A DNA stretch of 64,000 nt from Ginglymostoma cirratum (taxonomy: Eukaryota), in contig JAHRHZ010000012.1 of assembly GCA_024137785.1 (NCBI GenBank), positions 37,693,431 to 37,757,430 of the forward strand, read 5' to 3'. Shown in pieces: positions 1 to 13,270 of this stretch. A program made the position numbers and the translations under genes. The notes beneath the pieces were generated by a model. That model ran no database searches, had not been told where the DNA came from, and was given only the letters and a program-made list of their open reading frames with translations. Each line of letters begins with the position of its first letter. Position 1 is the first letter of the stretch.

Positions 1-207
1 GATCAAATTCTTGACATTGCTGTCGTCTTATAACATTTGTGGTAACAACAGAAGATCCATTTAGCTGGTGGCAGAATGAGTTAGTTCATAAAAGCTTATC
101 CTGTCTATTCCTCCAAGAGATAGAGTAAAATATTCTCAACTTAATCAATTCCATCATTTTTAAGTACTTTGTTTAAAACAAAAATCTTTTCCTGCTCAGT
201 GAGGAGA

Positions 208-551
208 TGAAATCTTGTAGTTGGTTGGCTGGCCGAGCTGGTTTGTTGTTCCGCAGACGTATCATTACCCTGCTGGGTAACGTCAGCATTGCAGCCTCCG
301 ATGAAGTGCTGTTGTGTTTTCCCATCTGGTATTTAAACTCTGGAGTCCGTTGAGCTGGATCACCTCACTTCTGGTTTTCCTTCGCAATGGTGTGTTTATG
401 GGGGTGAACTTCTATGTATTTGTTGATGGCTTTCTTTGTGGAGTACCAAGCTTCTAAGAACTCCCGTGCTTGTCTCTGCTTGTTCCAGGATCTTGGTGTT
501 GTCCCAGTCGAATTGGTGGTTCTCCTTATCCATGTGGATAGAGATGAGTGT
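208..551 (-). mobile_element. Penelope-like (Poseidon-type) retroelement 3' fragment: GIY-YIG endonuclease C-terminus plus pLTR with decayed hammerhead
   Basis: Minus strand reads LISIHMDKENHQFDWDNTKILEQ/(frameshift)QRQAREFLEAWYSTKKAINK, typical of the PLE GIY-YIG tail. Decayed hammerhead-like motif at about 254-290 (minus: CAATGCTGAC GTTACC CAGCAG GGTAAT GATACGTC). Confidence 0.75.
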
Positions 552-1663
552 TCTCTACGTGGATAAATTAGAAAGTTAAGAGCTGTCCATTTGGAGACAC
601 TTAGGTTAAACTGTGTACATATTGAAAATTTCTTTAAAGGACATTTGCCAAAGAACCAAATGGATTTTTTGTTTTACAAAAGTGCAATTTTTTTGTGGTC
701 ATGTGACATGCAATCTTATTATTTTTCCCAATTTTGTCTAATTATCTGAGTTTACTGAATTTAAGGATTAATTAATTCCATAAATTATAAGTCACAGCTC
801 TTCAGAGAAATCTTTCAAATTGCATTGTTATAATGCTAATCAATAACTGAAACCATCAAGAAGCTAGTTGTGACTTGAGCAGGGTTTTAGAGACCCCTAG
901 ATCTCAGGTCCTTCAATTCACCATCTAAATTCTGAGCTCAGTGAAGGTAGTTCAGCTGCCTGTAGGTGGCCATCCAGTAGCAGGTGCTGCTCCACCCACC
1001 TCTCCAGAAAATATCCTAGGGATTACCTTTTCTGTAGTTCAACATATTATTTAGTTATTAAGTGATATTCAGTTGATGCTGATCTTAGCTTGTCAAAGTA
1101 AAAGTCTTCAAACATGAAATCATGTGTGATTCTTTTCTTAGGTCATTGAGACCTTAATTTCTCGTTCCACTTAACAGTCTATGCTAGGATCATGTCAATA
1201 TACAATGCTTTTGATATCCGTACGTGTTAAAGTGCATTGACGACTGTTTATCTATGGCTTGCTAAATCCTTGGATGCCGCATTAGTTGTGCTTTTCTCTC
1301 TTGATCTCTGTTTTCTAAAGTCTGAAACTTCAATCAGTTTATGTTAAACATTTGAATTTGTTAATATACTAATACTGGTACTAAAATCTTCTACTTCAAT
1401 GTCCTAACAAACCTATCAATGAACCTTTGTCTTAATCACAATTTTAACCCCCAAGACACTGTGGCATTAACTTTATCTAGAATTTGAGGAGATTGAAAAA
1501 TGAGACTATGTTGACATGTTATTTTGTCAGTTTCATTTATCTGGAAATTATTACTTTCATTAAAAGCGTGCTTGTCATGTATTGAAGTTTTCCTTCTCTG
1601 CAACAACGTATTTGTTGACTTGTATTTAATATTTGTTTTCTCTTTTTCTCTTTCATGCTGTAG

Positions 1664-1731
1664 TGGGTTTGTTTTCTTGCGGTTGATTTGTCCAGCTATT
1701 CTCAATCCAAGGATGTTTAGTATCATTTTGG
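1664..1731 (+). CDS. RASA1: RASA1 internal exon (RasGAP domain, FLR motif): (S)GFVFLRLICPAILNPRMFSIIL
   Basis: Pyrimidine tract and TAG acceptor at 1661-1663, GTGAGT donor at 1732. 68 nt. Contains the RasGAP signature FLRLICPAILNP. Confidence 0.95.
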
Positions 1732-2454
1732 GTGAGTCTTCCCTGGTGAAAATTTGCATTGCTTTATAACCATGGTGTCTTTTATATCTTGTGCTGCTTT
1801 AATCCAACTTATGAAGTTCTTGCGGCGTTCCTCCTGTTTTTTTAAATACGTGGAGGTGAAACCAACTTCATTGTCTTACTTTTTATGTACTAGATAATTA
1901 AAATTGCCTGGACTGCAGAATTGAGTTATCATCAAACTGCCTTTATAAGTCCTTAACTAATGTCTTCGGAACAAGAGGTTGCAAAACTATAGAATCTTTC
2001 TAAAATAAGAATGGAATATACTCAAAAACTCAGCAGTTGCATATCCCTGAGTTTTTGTTATCTGCAGTCTATTTCTGTAAGTGTACAAGCCCTTTGGTCG
2101 TTCATGTGTTTTCTATGGCTGTGCACAAATGGTGATTGAAAGGGGCTGACTTATGCTCATTCTGCATGGATACTCTCTAGTTGCAGAGCTGCTGCACAGC
2201 TTAGAAAGGAGCATTGCTCTGCAAGTGTGACAGTATCTATGAAGAGAGAAACAGCTTCATTTTTCGAATCAATAACCTTTCATCAGAACCCACTGAGATA
2301 TTTTCAACGTGTGCAACATTTGTTTTCCGTCTTTATTCTTTCATAAGATGTGAGCATTGTGAACTGTACCAGGTCATTCCTGAATTATTTTCAAACTGAG
2401 TTGTTTATTAGGCCATGGCAAAGGGTAGTTAAAAGTTCGTAAGGCTTGATGGGT

Positions 2455-4860
2455 GTCAGACCACAAGTGAGCTGTTCAATCCATCAAGTCTGCTCCACCA
2501 TTCAATGAGATTGTGGCCAATCTGATGATCCTTGACTCCATTCTTTATGCTTTTTTCCCCCCATAACCCTCAGTTACCTTACTGCTTAAAACTCTGTCTA
2601 TCTCAGCCTTGAATGTACCTAATGACCCAGTCTCACCAGCCAGCCACAATAAAGAATTCCACAGATTCCCCACCCCCCGAAGAAATCCCTCCTCATCTCT
2701 GTCTTAAATGGGCAACTCCTTATTCTGAGATTATCCCATCTAGTCCTAGACTTGCCAACAAGGGGAAACAAGCTTTCGACTTCTGCCTTGCCAAGTCCCC
2801 TAAGGTTCTTGAATAATTCAAAAAGGTCATCTCCCATTCTTCTAAACTCCACTAAGATGGTTCCTCCACACCTGCTATCAGGTCAATAAACCTTCTGTGG
2901 ACTGCGTCCAATGCCAATATCAACTCCTTCGATAAGGGCCACAAAACTGCTCATAGTATTTAAACTGTGGTGTGGATTGACTAGTGTCATGTATAGCTTT
3001 AGCAAAACCTGCCCTGCTTTTATTCTCCATTCCCTTTGAAATAAAAGCCAACATTCCATTTGCCTTCAGTATTACCTGCTGAATTTGGATGCTAGGTTTT
3101 TGTGATTCTTGAACAAGGACTTGCACATCCCTCTGTTCAATAGCATTTTGCGTCTTTCTCTAGCTAAATAACATTTAATTCCTCTATTCTTCCTTCCAAA
3201 GTGCATAACCTCACGTTTTCCCACATATTCCATATATCAAGATGTTGCCCACTGGCTTAACCTGTTTATCGCTCTGCAGACTTTATCATCTTCACCACCT
3301 GTCTCCCCATCTTTTTTTTGTCATCTGTAAACTTGACTACTGTACATTCACTTTCTTCATCTAAGTCGTTACTATATATTGAAAATAATTGTGGCCTCAG
3401 CACTGATCCCTGTGGTGCTCTAATATTTGCAGGTTTCCATCCTGAAATGCCCCCATGTCCCAATTCTCTATCTTCTATTATTTAGTCACACTTCTGCCCA
3501 TGCTAATATAATGCAACCAACACCATGAGCTCTTATCTTATCAAATGCCTACTGAATGTCCAAATATATTACATCCATTGCTTCCCCTTTATCTATCCTG
3601 CATGTTATGTCTCCAAAAAATCCAATAAATTTGTTGGGCACAATATCTCCACCAGTGAAACCACACTGACTCCCATCATATTATATATTTCTAAATGCTC
3701 TGCTATTATATCCTTTATAATGGATTTTAATATTTTCCCAATTATAGACATTAAGCTAAATGGTGCATGTTTACCTTTTTTATTTTGATCTTCTTCTAAA
3801 TAACGCTGTACATTGGTAGTTTTCCAAAATCTAAGGATGCTTGGAAAATTACTACCAATGTATTCACACTCCTTTTAATATCCTAGGATGCTTCCTATCA
3901 GGTCTAGGGGACTTATTGGTCTTCAGCCCTTTTAGTTTATCTAGCTTTTTTTTACTCCATTCTAGAAGTTACTTACTTCCTTTTCTCCTTTTTGTCCCTT
4001 GATTATTTAATAATTTTGGATTGTTAATAGTGTCTTCTACTATGAACACTGATGCAAAGTGCTTATTCATCTCCTCTTCTGTTTTCTGCATCCCCATTAT
4101 TTCCCCAGCCTTATTTTCTAAGGAGCATATGTTTACATTGGCTTCTCTTTCTTCCTTTTTTTATATCTTTTTTGCTGTTGCTATCCATCTTGATCTTTCT
4201 TGCAAGTTTATCCTCAAAGTTTTTTTCTCCATCTTTTTTTTAAAACATTATTTCTTGGTTTTTAAAAACTCTACAGTGACTTAGCTCTAATTTGTTTATG
4301 CATTTTGTATATGTTTTCTTTCATTATGTTCCCTGGTTAATAATTGTTGGCTTATTCCCTACCTAGAATCCCACATCCTCACTGAAATGTACTTTTGTTG
4401 TGAGCCATAAACTATTTTCTTAAATATTTATCTGTATTCTTCATGGTCTTTGCTGTTAAACTCCTTCTCCAGTCCATTGCAACCACCTTTGCCTTCATTC
4501 TTTTATAATTATTCTTATTTAAGCAGGTGTTTCCAACCCAAGTTCATCCTTCAGAGTGAATGTTAAATTCTACCATGTTATGGTGCGTTTCCAAGGGGAA
4601 ATTTTACTTTGACATAATCTATTAAGGCTGCCTCATTACACGTCCCTGGATTCAGAACAGCCTGATCCTTGGTTGGACTTGAACATGTTGTTCCAGGAAA
4701 CTGTCCCAAATATACTCTACAAATTTGTTCTCATAGCTTCCTCGCCAATCTGACTATCTCAATCTACATCAAGATTAACGTCACTCATGATTGATGCACT
4801 GCCTTTGTTGCATGGCATCCCACCATATAGCTACTGTTGAGGGCCTGTAGACCAGTAGTT
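2455..4860 (-). mobile_element. Degraded CR1 LINE (ORF2 RT and 3' end)
   Basis: Minus-strand fragments PQGSVLRPQLFSIYSNDLDEE..VVKFTDD, KANGMLAFISKGMENKS and EFRRMGDDLFELFK. Many stops and frameshifts. Confidence 0.85.
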
Positions 4861-7077
4861 CCCAGCCTTTTCCATATCTCACTTAAATAGACAAATGGTT
4901 CTTTAACAGCCAGACCTTTTTTCAACTGAATTGAGATCCCATAATCTTTACTTTTACTTGCATTTTCTGTGGTCACTGTCTTACTAGAGATGTTTCTAAC
5001 AAGATGCATGCAAAAAGTTAAAGAAGAATCAAAAGAGTTAATGTTTCAAATCCACCAGAAAAAATAGTCTTCAGCTGTGAACACAAACATGTTTTCAAAT
5101 GCTGCTGAACTCAACTATTTGTTGACTTTTCTCTGAAATGAGACATTTCAGGTGAATGGCAAGTGGTATCTCCTGTTCATGAAAATCCAAAGGGCAGATG
5201 GTTCTCGTTGTGCTGTCTATGAACAGTTCTGTTCTTTTCTTTGGGTTCAAATGTTTCATCGAATGAATTAGCAGAGAAATCATCTCTTTTGACAGGAAAC
5301 TTCTCCATTTCTTCTTAGAATCTATACTAAGGCTTAGATTCGTGGTTTAACTAAAGTGAAATCCAAAAATATTCACCTTTTAAGTTCTTGCTAAATTGGA
5401 TACTTGTCCAGGCAGACAGGCCACTTCAAAAGTCATTCAGCAATTGTGTCTTTTTACTGCGCATGCTCGGTTTTTCTCATCCTGGAGACACTATCCTCAA
5501 TCAATGTACACTACTCAAACTGAATATTTGGTTCTGTGCATGTGCAAGTAGGCTGCATAACAATCAAATTCCAATACTGCTTTACGTGTATGGGACATCC
5601 CTCACTGCACATGTGTGGTACTGAATCTCCATGCATGGCAGTATCAGGAGTCAGTGTGAAGCTGTGCTACTTTGAGAATTTCATGGCATGCTCCTCATTT
5701 TGCACTGATTGAAAATCTCTGCTTTGGAGTACTCCTACCAATGTTTTCTTTCTTTTTTTCCAGTTCTTACCTCTATCTATATGGATTCTATGCCCAAAAT
5801 CATTTCTTGCCATTGCGCTTATTCCATTGTATATCAACGATGCTACCCCACCACTCTTTCCTTCCTGCCTGGCCTTTCAAAAAGTCACATACTCAACTTT
5901 TATTTCATTATTCACTCATGGGATATTGGTATCACTGGCTGGGGCAGCATTTGTTACTCATTTAGAAGGTCTTGGTGAACTTCACTTGTACTGTGATGGC
6001 ACCAGTGTCCTGGTGAATTGAAAAACTAGGACTATAGAAATGGCTCTAAACTAATTAGAGCAGGAGAGAATCGGGCAAGAGAAGACATAGGTTTACAAAG
6101 CAAGATAATATGGCAGCATTACAGGCACTTATATTTCTGGCTTTGATTCCCTTGCATACGTGTCCCTGGAATGGCTATAGAGTAATATCCACCTAATCTG
6201 TATTTGCACTGTTAATTCATTTATTTTGTTCCTAATATTGCATGTATTTAAGTCATGAGCCATTAATTATCCTTTTTACCATCTTTTCCACCTGTTTGAC
6301 CCTGTTTACTGCTGTTTTTGCTCTGCTTGTGTACTCTGTCCCTTTCCGCCCTATTCTGCGTCTCATTATCCAAATAGCTGCCCTGTCATGCTGCCATATC
6401 CTCTTACTTTGTAAGCCTACGTTTTCCATCTCCCAAATCCTCACCTGCTTTAATTAGTTTAAGGTCTTCTCTACAACCCTAGTTCGCCAATTTGCCAGAA
6501 CACTAATGCAACGTGGTTCAAGTGAAGCCTATCCCTCCAGAGCAACTCCCTTCTACCCTAGTACTAGTGCCAGTGCCTCACGAACTGTTACAGTGCATTG
6601 TCAGTACTTCAGACTCCAGCTCCTCAACTCAGTTTTGAGATTCCTCAAGCTGCACACATTTACTATAGGTGTATTCACTCTGAATTACATCGGTGTCCAG
6701 CAGCAACACATCACCTGTCATGCCACTTATCGTATTTGAATTAACTTGTAGATTAATTACTCGATTCCCTGTAAATTTACAAGTAACCATAATGATACTT
6801 CATTCTTGTAAACTAAAAGAAAATAAAAATCACTAGTTTCTAACCAGCTATTTTTAGGAAAAGAGAGCATAAAAAAAACTGGAGATCTGAGTACAAACTG
6901 GCATCCTTACTTTTATTTAAAAATTGGAAGTGTTTACCAAACATACTCATCAATCAGCTTCTTTATCCCCTGTCACTTGCCTCTCATTTTGGAGAGTTTT
7001 CTTCTTGCAGTAAACTCTTGCTAAAGCACCTCTCTACCCCTTTGCATCAAATTTCCAGTAGTATAGTCAATAATAAT

Positions 7078-7365
7078 CTGTGTCTGTGTGGAGGTTGCAC
7101 ATTCTCCCCGTGTCTACATGGGCTTTCATCGGGTACTCTGGTTTCCTCCCACGGTCCAAAGATGTGCAAGTTAGGTGGATTGGCCATGTTAAATTGCCCA
7201 TAGTGTTCAGGGATGTGTAGGTTAGGCGCATTAACAATGCGAAATACAGGGTTACAGGGATAGTGTAAGGGGATGGCTCTAGGTGGGATGCTCTTCGAAT
7301 AGTTGGTGTGGACTTGTTGAGCTGAATGGGCTGTTTCCACACTGTGGGGATTCTATAATTCTGTG
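7078..7365 (+). mobile_element. HE1-type V-SINE, 5'-truncated
   Basis: V-domain CTGTGTGGAG..TTCTCCCCGTGTCT..GGTTTCCTCCCAC.GTCCAAAGATGTGC and a CR1-like tail. Matches the copies at 7816, 13447 and 54408. Confidence 0.85.
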
Positions 7366-7440
7366 AACTAACTCGGTCTTCATCTCACTCTGCTGGGATC
7401 TCGTGCACGCTGACAGTGCTCCTTGCTCAATTGTTGTATG

Positions 7441-7670
7441 GGGCTGGAGCGACGTGCAAGTCAGACCAGGTAAAGATGGCAGCTTTCTTTCCCATTAGGG
7501 AACTAGATGATAGATTTTTACAACAATCAATGATGGTCTAATGCTCACCATTACTGAGATGAGATTTTAATTCCAGATTTTTTTTTAATTAAATTCCACC
7601 AGCTATGTTAGTGGGATTTGAACATATGCCTGCATTTATTAATAGTCCAGTGACAATCCACTAGCGCACT
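7441..7670 (-). mobile_element. tRNA-derived SINE, LF-SINE-like family, degraded
   Basis: Minus strand: GTGCGCTAGTGGATTGTCACTGGACTATT..GTTCAAATCCCAC (A/B-box-like head). Similar to the copy at 51248-51451. Confidence 0.55.
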
Positions 7671-7815
7671 TGCCCTAGTTAGCATTTTGCCTTTGTGTAT
7701 AAGTTACTTTAAAGATGTGCCTACAAGTGAAAGAGAGTCCAGTTTTTGTGGGTGCGATGAATGAAGTGAGCGAAGGAGACATAACCAGAGGAACTGTGAT
7801 AAATAAATAATTTTT

Positions 7816-8117
7816 GGGCGGCACGGTGGCTCACTGGTTAGCACTGCTGCCAGGGACCGGGTTCGATTCCAGTCTTGGGCGACTGTCTGTGTGGAGTTTG
7901 CACATTCTCCCTGTGTCTGCATGGGTTTTCTCCAGGTGCTCTGGTTTCCTCCCACAGTCCAAAGATGTGCAGGTTAGGTGAATTGGCCATGCTAAATTGC
8001 CCATAGGAATGTGTAGATTAGGTGAGTTATAGGGGGATGGGTCTGGGTGGGATGCTCTGAGGTTCGGTGTGGACTTGTTGGGCCTAAGGGCCTGTTCCCA
8101 CACTTTAGGGATTCTAT
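7816..8117 (+). mobile_element. HE1-type V-SINE
   Basis: tRNA head GGGCGGCACGGTGGCTCACTGGTTAGCACTGCTGCC, B box GGTTCGATTCC, V-domain and CR1-derived tail. Confidence 0.9.
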
Positions 8118-8659
8118 GAATAAAAGAGAATGGAGTTCAGAAAAGGGAAAAAAGTAAACAAGAATGAAAGAAACAGGCTATGGGGAAGATGGGCAGTGGA
8201 AATGCTTGCAATGACTTTTTTTAATACATAGAATACATCTTGAATCTTTGAGCACAAGAGCTCACACTTCTGTTTATGGGATTTTATATTATTACCGATC
8301 AAATGCAGCTCACTTTTAATGCTTGTATGACTATACAGATACAAAGGTTTGTGCTACCCCTTTTTAGAAGGTTAATGTCTTGGTTGCATCCATTAAGTAA
8401 TTAAACTATTAAAATTTTACTCTGTTACTTGATAAGAAGGAAGCTGTTCTGTCCATCATGCCTTTGCCAGCTCCTTTGTACACTTGTTCAACTAGTCCCA
8501 CTTCTCTGCTCTATATGCAGAGTATCTTTTGGGTATTTATCTAATCTCCTTCTGCATGGTTCTACTGAATCTGCTGTGATCAAATCTGTAGGCAGTGCAT
8601 TTTAGATAATCAAAATACTTTCTTTTTTTTAATCTCATCCCAATCACTTTAAATGTGTT

Positions 8660-8753
8660 ATAACAAGGTGTAGAGCTGGATGAACACAGCAGGCCAAGCA
8701 GCATCAGAGGAGCAGGAAGGCAGACGTTTCGGGCCTAGACCTTTCTTCAGAAA
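8660..8753 (-). mobile_element. PLE family A pLTR fragment with hammerhead core (8723-8750)
   Basis: Minus strand CTGAAGA-AAGGTCTAGGCCC-GAAACGTC. Near-identical to the termini of the GIY-YIG-bearing elements at 24206 and 59450. Confidence 0.85.
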
Positions 8754-9084
8754 AGTGTTGTCTAGTTATAAACTCTTCCACCATTGAAAGAAGTTTGCTG
8801 TTGCTGTATTAAAACCATTTTTGATTTTTGAACACCTCCGTTAAATCTCCTGACCTTTACAGCTTCTCTAGTTTGTCTGCCCAACTGATGGCTGTCATCT
8901 CTAGCACCATTTTAGTTGATATTTTCTGTACCCGCACTAAGACCCTGGCATCCTTCCCGAAGTGTGTGCTCAAAAAGCATACCGTAACCTAATAAGACAA
9001 AACAATGTTTTACAAAGATTTGTAGTAACTTCCTTGCATTTGGACTATCTATTATTAAAGCCATAAATTTCATAGGTTTTCTTA

Positions 9085-9958
9085 GAACATAGAACAGTAC
9101 AGCACAGTACAGGCCCTTCGGCCCACGATGTTGTACCGAACTTTTACCCGAAACCTAAGGTCTGTCTAACCTCCACCGCTACCTTATACTATCATCCATA
9201 TACCTATTTAATAGCCGCTTAAATGCCCCTAATGAGGCCGACTCCATTACCCTCTCCGGCAATGCATTCCACACCCCTACCACTCTCTGAGTAAAGAACC
9301 TACCTCTGACGTCTCCCCGATATCTACCTCCTTTCACTTTAAAACTATGTCCCCTCGTACAAGCTACCTCCACCCTAGGAAAAAGTCTTTGGCTGTCTGC
9401 TCTATCTATACCTCTGATCATTTTGTACACCTCTATCAAGTCATCTCTCATCCTTCATCGTTCTAAAGAGAAAAGCCCTAGCTCTCTCAACCTTGCCTCG
9501 TAAGACCTTCCTTCCGTTTCAGGCAACATCCTGGTAAATCTCCTCTGCACCTTTTCCAACACTTCCACATCTTTCCTGTAATGAGGTCACCAGAACTGGA
9601 CACAATACTCCAGATGTGGCCGAACCAGGCTCTTGTATAGCTGGAGCATAACTTCATGGCTCTTAAACTCAATCCCTCTATTAATGAAAGCTAACACACC
9701 ATACGCCTTCTTAACGACTCTATCCACCTGGGTGGCAGCTTTCAGGGAACTGTGAACATGAACTCCAAGATCCCTCTGCTCCTCCACACTGCCAAGAATC
9801 TTTCCGTTAACCTTGTATTCTGCTTTCAAGTTTGTCCTTCCAAAATGAATCACCTCGCACTTTTCAGGGTTAAACTCCATCTGTCACTTCTCAGCCCAGC
9901 TCTGCATCCTATCAATGTCCCTTTGTAACCTAGAACAGCCCTCCGCACTGTCCACAAT
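9085..9958 (-). mobile_element. Relatively young CR1/HER1 LINE 3' fragment nested in an older CR1 (about 8440-10240)
   Basis: ORFs 9587-9880 (MEFNPEKCEVIHFG..LVRPHLEYCVQFW) and 9179-9451 (RDDLIEVYK..FFTQRVVGVWNALP). TTCTATGTTCT-type tail. Confidence 0.92.
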
Positions 9959-10367
9959 GTGACCCACTTAGGTTTTGAAATTTTCTTGCCACCTTCAAAG
10001 GTCTGTGTGTACCCATACCCCAGATCTCTCCTCCTGTGCTGTCTTGAAAACTATATCACTCAGTGCTTGTTGTCATTCCACATCGTTCAACCAAAATGTA
10101 CCACTTTGTTATTCTCCATTTTAAATTGGGTCTGTGTAATTTGCCAATCTGTGTGGCATCCTGAAGTTGCTTGGTATTTTCCATTTGAATTTATCATCTG
10201 TGGAGTCTGAAATCATGCCCTGTACCCCCATGCTTAAAATTTGCAGAATTATTTCTGATTGCATGATCGTTGATGAACTTGGTAGAAATCAGATGAGATT
10301 TTTGTAAAGTATAGGATAACGGAATGCAAACTGTAAAAATAATTTATTTTTCTTGTTTTGTTTTTAG

Positions 10368-10456
10368 ATCCTCCTTCTTCCACGGCTGCAAGAACTCTCA
10401 CTCTTGTTGCAAAGTCTCTTCAAAACTTAGCAAATTTGGTGGAATTTGGAGCTAAG
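10368..10456 (+). CDS. RASA1: RASA1 internal exon: (D)PPSSTAARTLTLVAKSLQNLANLVEFGAK
   Basis: TTTTTAG acceptor, GTACT donor at 10457. 89 nt, phase-consistent with the previous exon. RasGAP KxxQNLAN motif. Confidence 0.96.
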
Positions 10457-10590
10457 GTACTCACTCTGAATCTTACAAGTTCAAGCTAAACTAATTTTGC
10501 TTAACCTTTTGTATCCTTGAGAATTATTACACTGCTTTATAAGTAATGTCTCAAATCACATTATCATCACATCAAAACATGTATTTTCCT

Positions 10591-11538
10591 TGTCACAACA
10601 GTGTCAAAGAATCCCAATAATATCTTTATCCCATTCTGAAGCCACTTTTTCATTGTAAAAACACCAAGTTTTTTTTTATGGAACAGCGTTATTGATTCCA
10701 ATGGCTGTTATTACTGGATAAGGCAAATCCTAGACTGAAATCTGACTTGATCTTTTTTGTGTTTTAATGAGGTAGTCTTTTACTGAAACACAAATACACA
10801 ACGTTGTAGATTTGGTTTAACAAAACATATTAATAATGCAAAGACATGAACTGAAAATAGAATAAGCCAAAGTATATATAACACAAATTTGATTTCAAAA
10901 CATCTAGCAAAATAGAATCTTATTAATCCTGAAAACACTCCTTTACAATACTCACAATCAGAGAATTACCTTCTCTTTCACATCCACAGGGTTTAATTTA
11001 ACAGTGGCTTAATTCTTTGTCTTGAGAATCTGATGAATGCTTCCTGGGGCTTCCATTTAACTGAGCATAAATATTTTTAAGCCTCGCATAACCTCTTCAG
11101 GGTTGAATCCATATGCTTCTGGTCTAACTTTTAGAGAGAATTGCTTCCACAGAGGAAGCTCTTTCTAGCAGTCCTTAACGACCCTCATTTTTGGGAGCAT
11201 CTGTTTTACACATCCAGCTTCAGTCAATACTTCTGAATACCATCCACATTGAAACTAAAAAGCTTTCTTCCTAAGCTATCAGTGTTTTCTCATCAAAGGA
11301 AAAAAAACCAACACCTGACCTTCTAAACTTAAAGACCTAACGCACAACCGTTTTCTTGCTCAACAAAACCTCCCAGCGTAAACAAATTTCCATCAGACTC
11401 TTTTTAGAAAAATAAATTACCATAGCTGTAGAATTATCTCCAAGGTAGTTGTTAAACCCCTTCAGAGACACACGAAAATCCATATGCCACTAGTTCAAAA
11501 TTCAGAAATTCCAAAAGAAGAATACATCTTGCGTCATA
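10591..11538. mobile_element. Possible solo LTR
   Basis: Begins TGTCAC and ends GCGTCATA (imperfect TG..CA inverted termini). No ORF and no clear TSD. Confidence 0.3.
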
Positions 11539-12026
11539 GTTGACGCCATTGAAAAGACAGAGGATATAACGGGATAGTGAATAATTAATTATGTACTATA
11601 TGCAATAAGTACATACTATCAGTGGGACTTGTAAAAGGGGACCTGGCAGTGTGGTGACAAGTCATCATTTGTAAACCTCCGCACTGTGAAGAACAAATTT
11701 TTAAGAAATGATTAGAATATAAAACTGAACAGTGGAATAGGAGTCATGAATGTAAAACCAGAACATTAATATTGTTAACATAATTCTAAAACTTAAGAAA
11801 TAGTTTGGAGGAAAACTTCAATGATTAATATTTGAAACAATATGCCAAAGTAATGTTCTTGGTTCATTTGCTGATTATCTTATACCAGTCTATTTCTTAA
11901 GTATTGATTCAGACAATTTAGACTTAAAAGTGAATTTACAATTTGAGCTTATCATGTTCCATATGCTGTTAGATATTTATTATCAAAGATAAAATAATAT
12001 ATAATGATACAAGTATTTTTATATAG

Positions 12027-12104
12027 GAGCCCTACATGGAAGGTGTAAATCCATTTATCAAGAACAACAAGCATCGGATGATTATGTTCTTAGATGAATT
12101 AGGG
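12027..12104 (+). CDS. RASA1: RASA1 internal exon: EPYMEGVNPFIKNNKHRMIMFLDELG
   Basis: TAG acceptor, GTAAGT donor at 12105. 78 nt, phase 0. Confidence 0.96.
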
Positions 12105-12539
12105 GTAAGTTGGACATAATTGCCCAAAAATTAACCCTCTTGAAGACAACAGTTGAGATTTCTAGACCAAAACATGTTGTTTATGGTCACCTTATACTTT
12201 ATTTTGAAATTAGTTGAATTAACAGTATCCTCGGTAATAAGTTTAATTACCTTTCACATAAGAAAGCACTGAAGCTGAGATGATACTAGGAGTTAAACCA
12301 AGCTTAGTCAAACAGGGGAGATGGAAAGACAGAGAGACTGAAAGTAGGAACTGCAGACTTAGACAGCTGAAGAAGCACTTTTGATTATGCATAACAACCA
12401 GAGTTAGAGACTGTTCTAAGGGAGCTATACATAGAGAAAGCTCGTGAATCGGGAGGGTAAGATGGGATTTAAATTTAAGTTGAGAATTGCAATAGTCGTT
12501 GGCAGTTTATCATGCAATGGCTGTGAATATTGGTAAGCA

Positions 12540-13270
12540 TAAAAAATAGATGCCAGAGTAGACAGTCAATTTGCCTTCAAGCCTACTCCACTGTTAAATA
12601 TGATTATGGCTGATCTTCCAGCTCTGTACCCTGTTCCTGCTTTTCCACAAATCCTTTGTACCCTCCAGCTCTAAGAATATATATTTATATGAAACTCCTT
12701 GAAAGCCCTGAACTTTCCCCTCAAGTGTTCTATGTGGAAGATAACTCCATAGGCTCCCTGCTCTCTGGGTGAAAAAATTTCTCCTCTGTGGTAAATGACC
12801 CACCCTGTGTCCTTAAACTTGATCCCTGATTCCAGACTCCCATCAGGAACATTCTTCCTCCATTAACCCTGTCTAGTCATGTTAGAATTTAATTGGTTCA
12901 TATGGGATTCTCCTCGCCGCCCCCAATCCACCCCCCTCTTTCCATTTGTCTAAACTCTGGTGAATGTAATACTAACTGATCCACTCTCCCTCTCTGTCAG
13001 TCTTGCCATCTCAGGAATCAGTCTGGTGAACCTTCATTGCACTTCCTTCTTAACTGAGGAAGGATGTTCTGGCTAAAGATGATACTAGGAGTTAAACCAA
13101 GCTCAGTCAAACAGATAGGGGAGATAGAAAGACAGAGAGACTGAAAGTAGGAACTGCAGACTTAGCTGAAGAAGCACTTTTGATTATGGCTACTCCAAGT
13201 GCAGTCTCACCAAGGCGCCCTGTACATTGCAGCAAGACAATGTGCTCGTATACTCGAGTCATGTCACTAT
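12540..13270 (-). mobile_element. Degraded CR1 3' fragment interrupted by a local duplication
   Basis: ORF 12594-12803 RRNFFTQRAGSLWSYLP and a CR1 3' tail motif. Confidence 0.75.

Noticed and set aside
2022-2056. Hairpin CAAAAACTCAG..CTGAGTTTTTG as a pre-miRNA
   Set aside because: The stem is only 11 bp and the sequence resembles a decayed PLE palindrome.
7816-7880. tRNA-like sequences at the SINE heads (also 13447 and 54696)
   Set aside because: They run straight into the V-SINE body and do not complete a cloverleaf.
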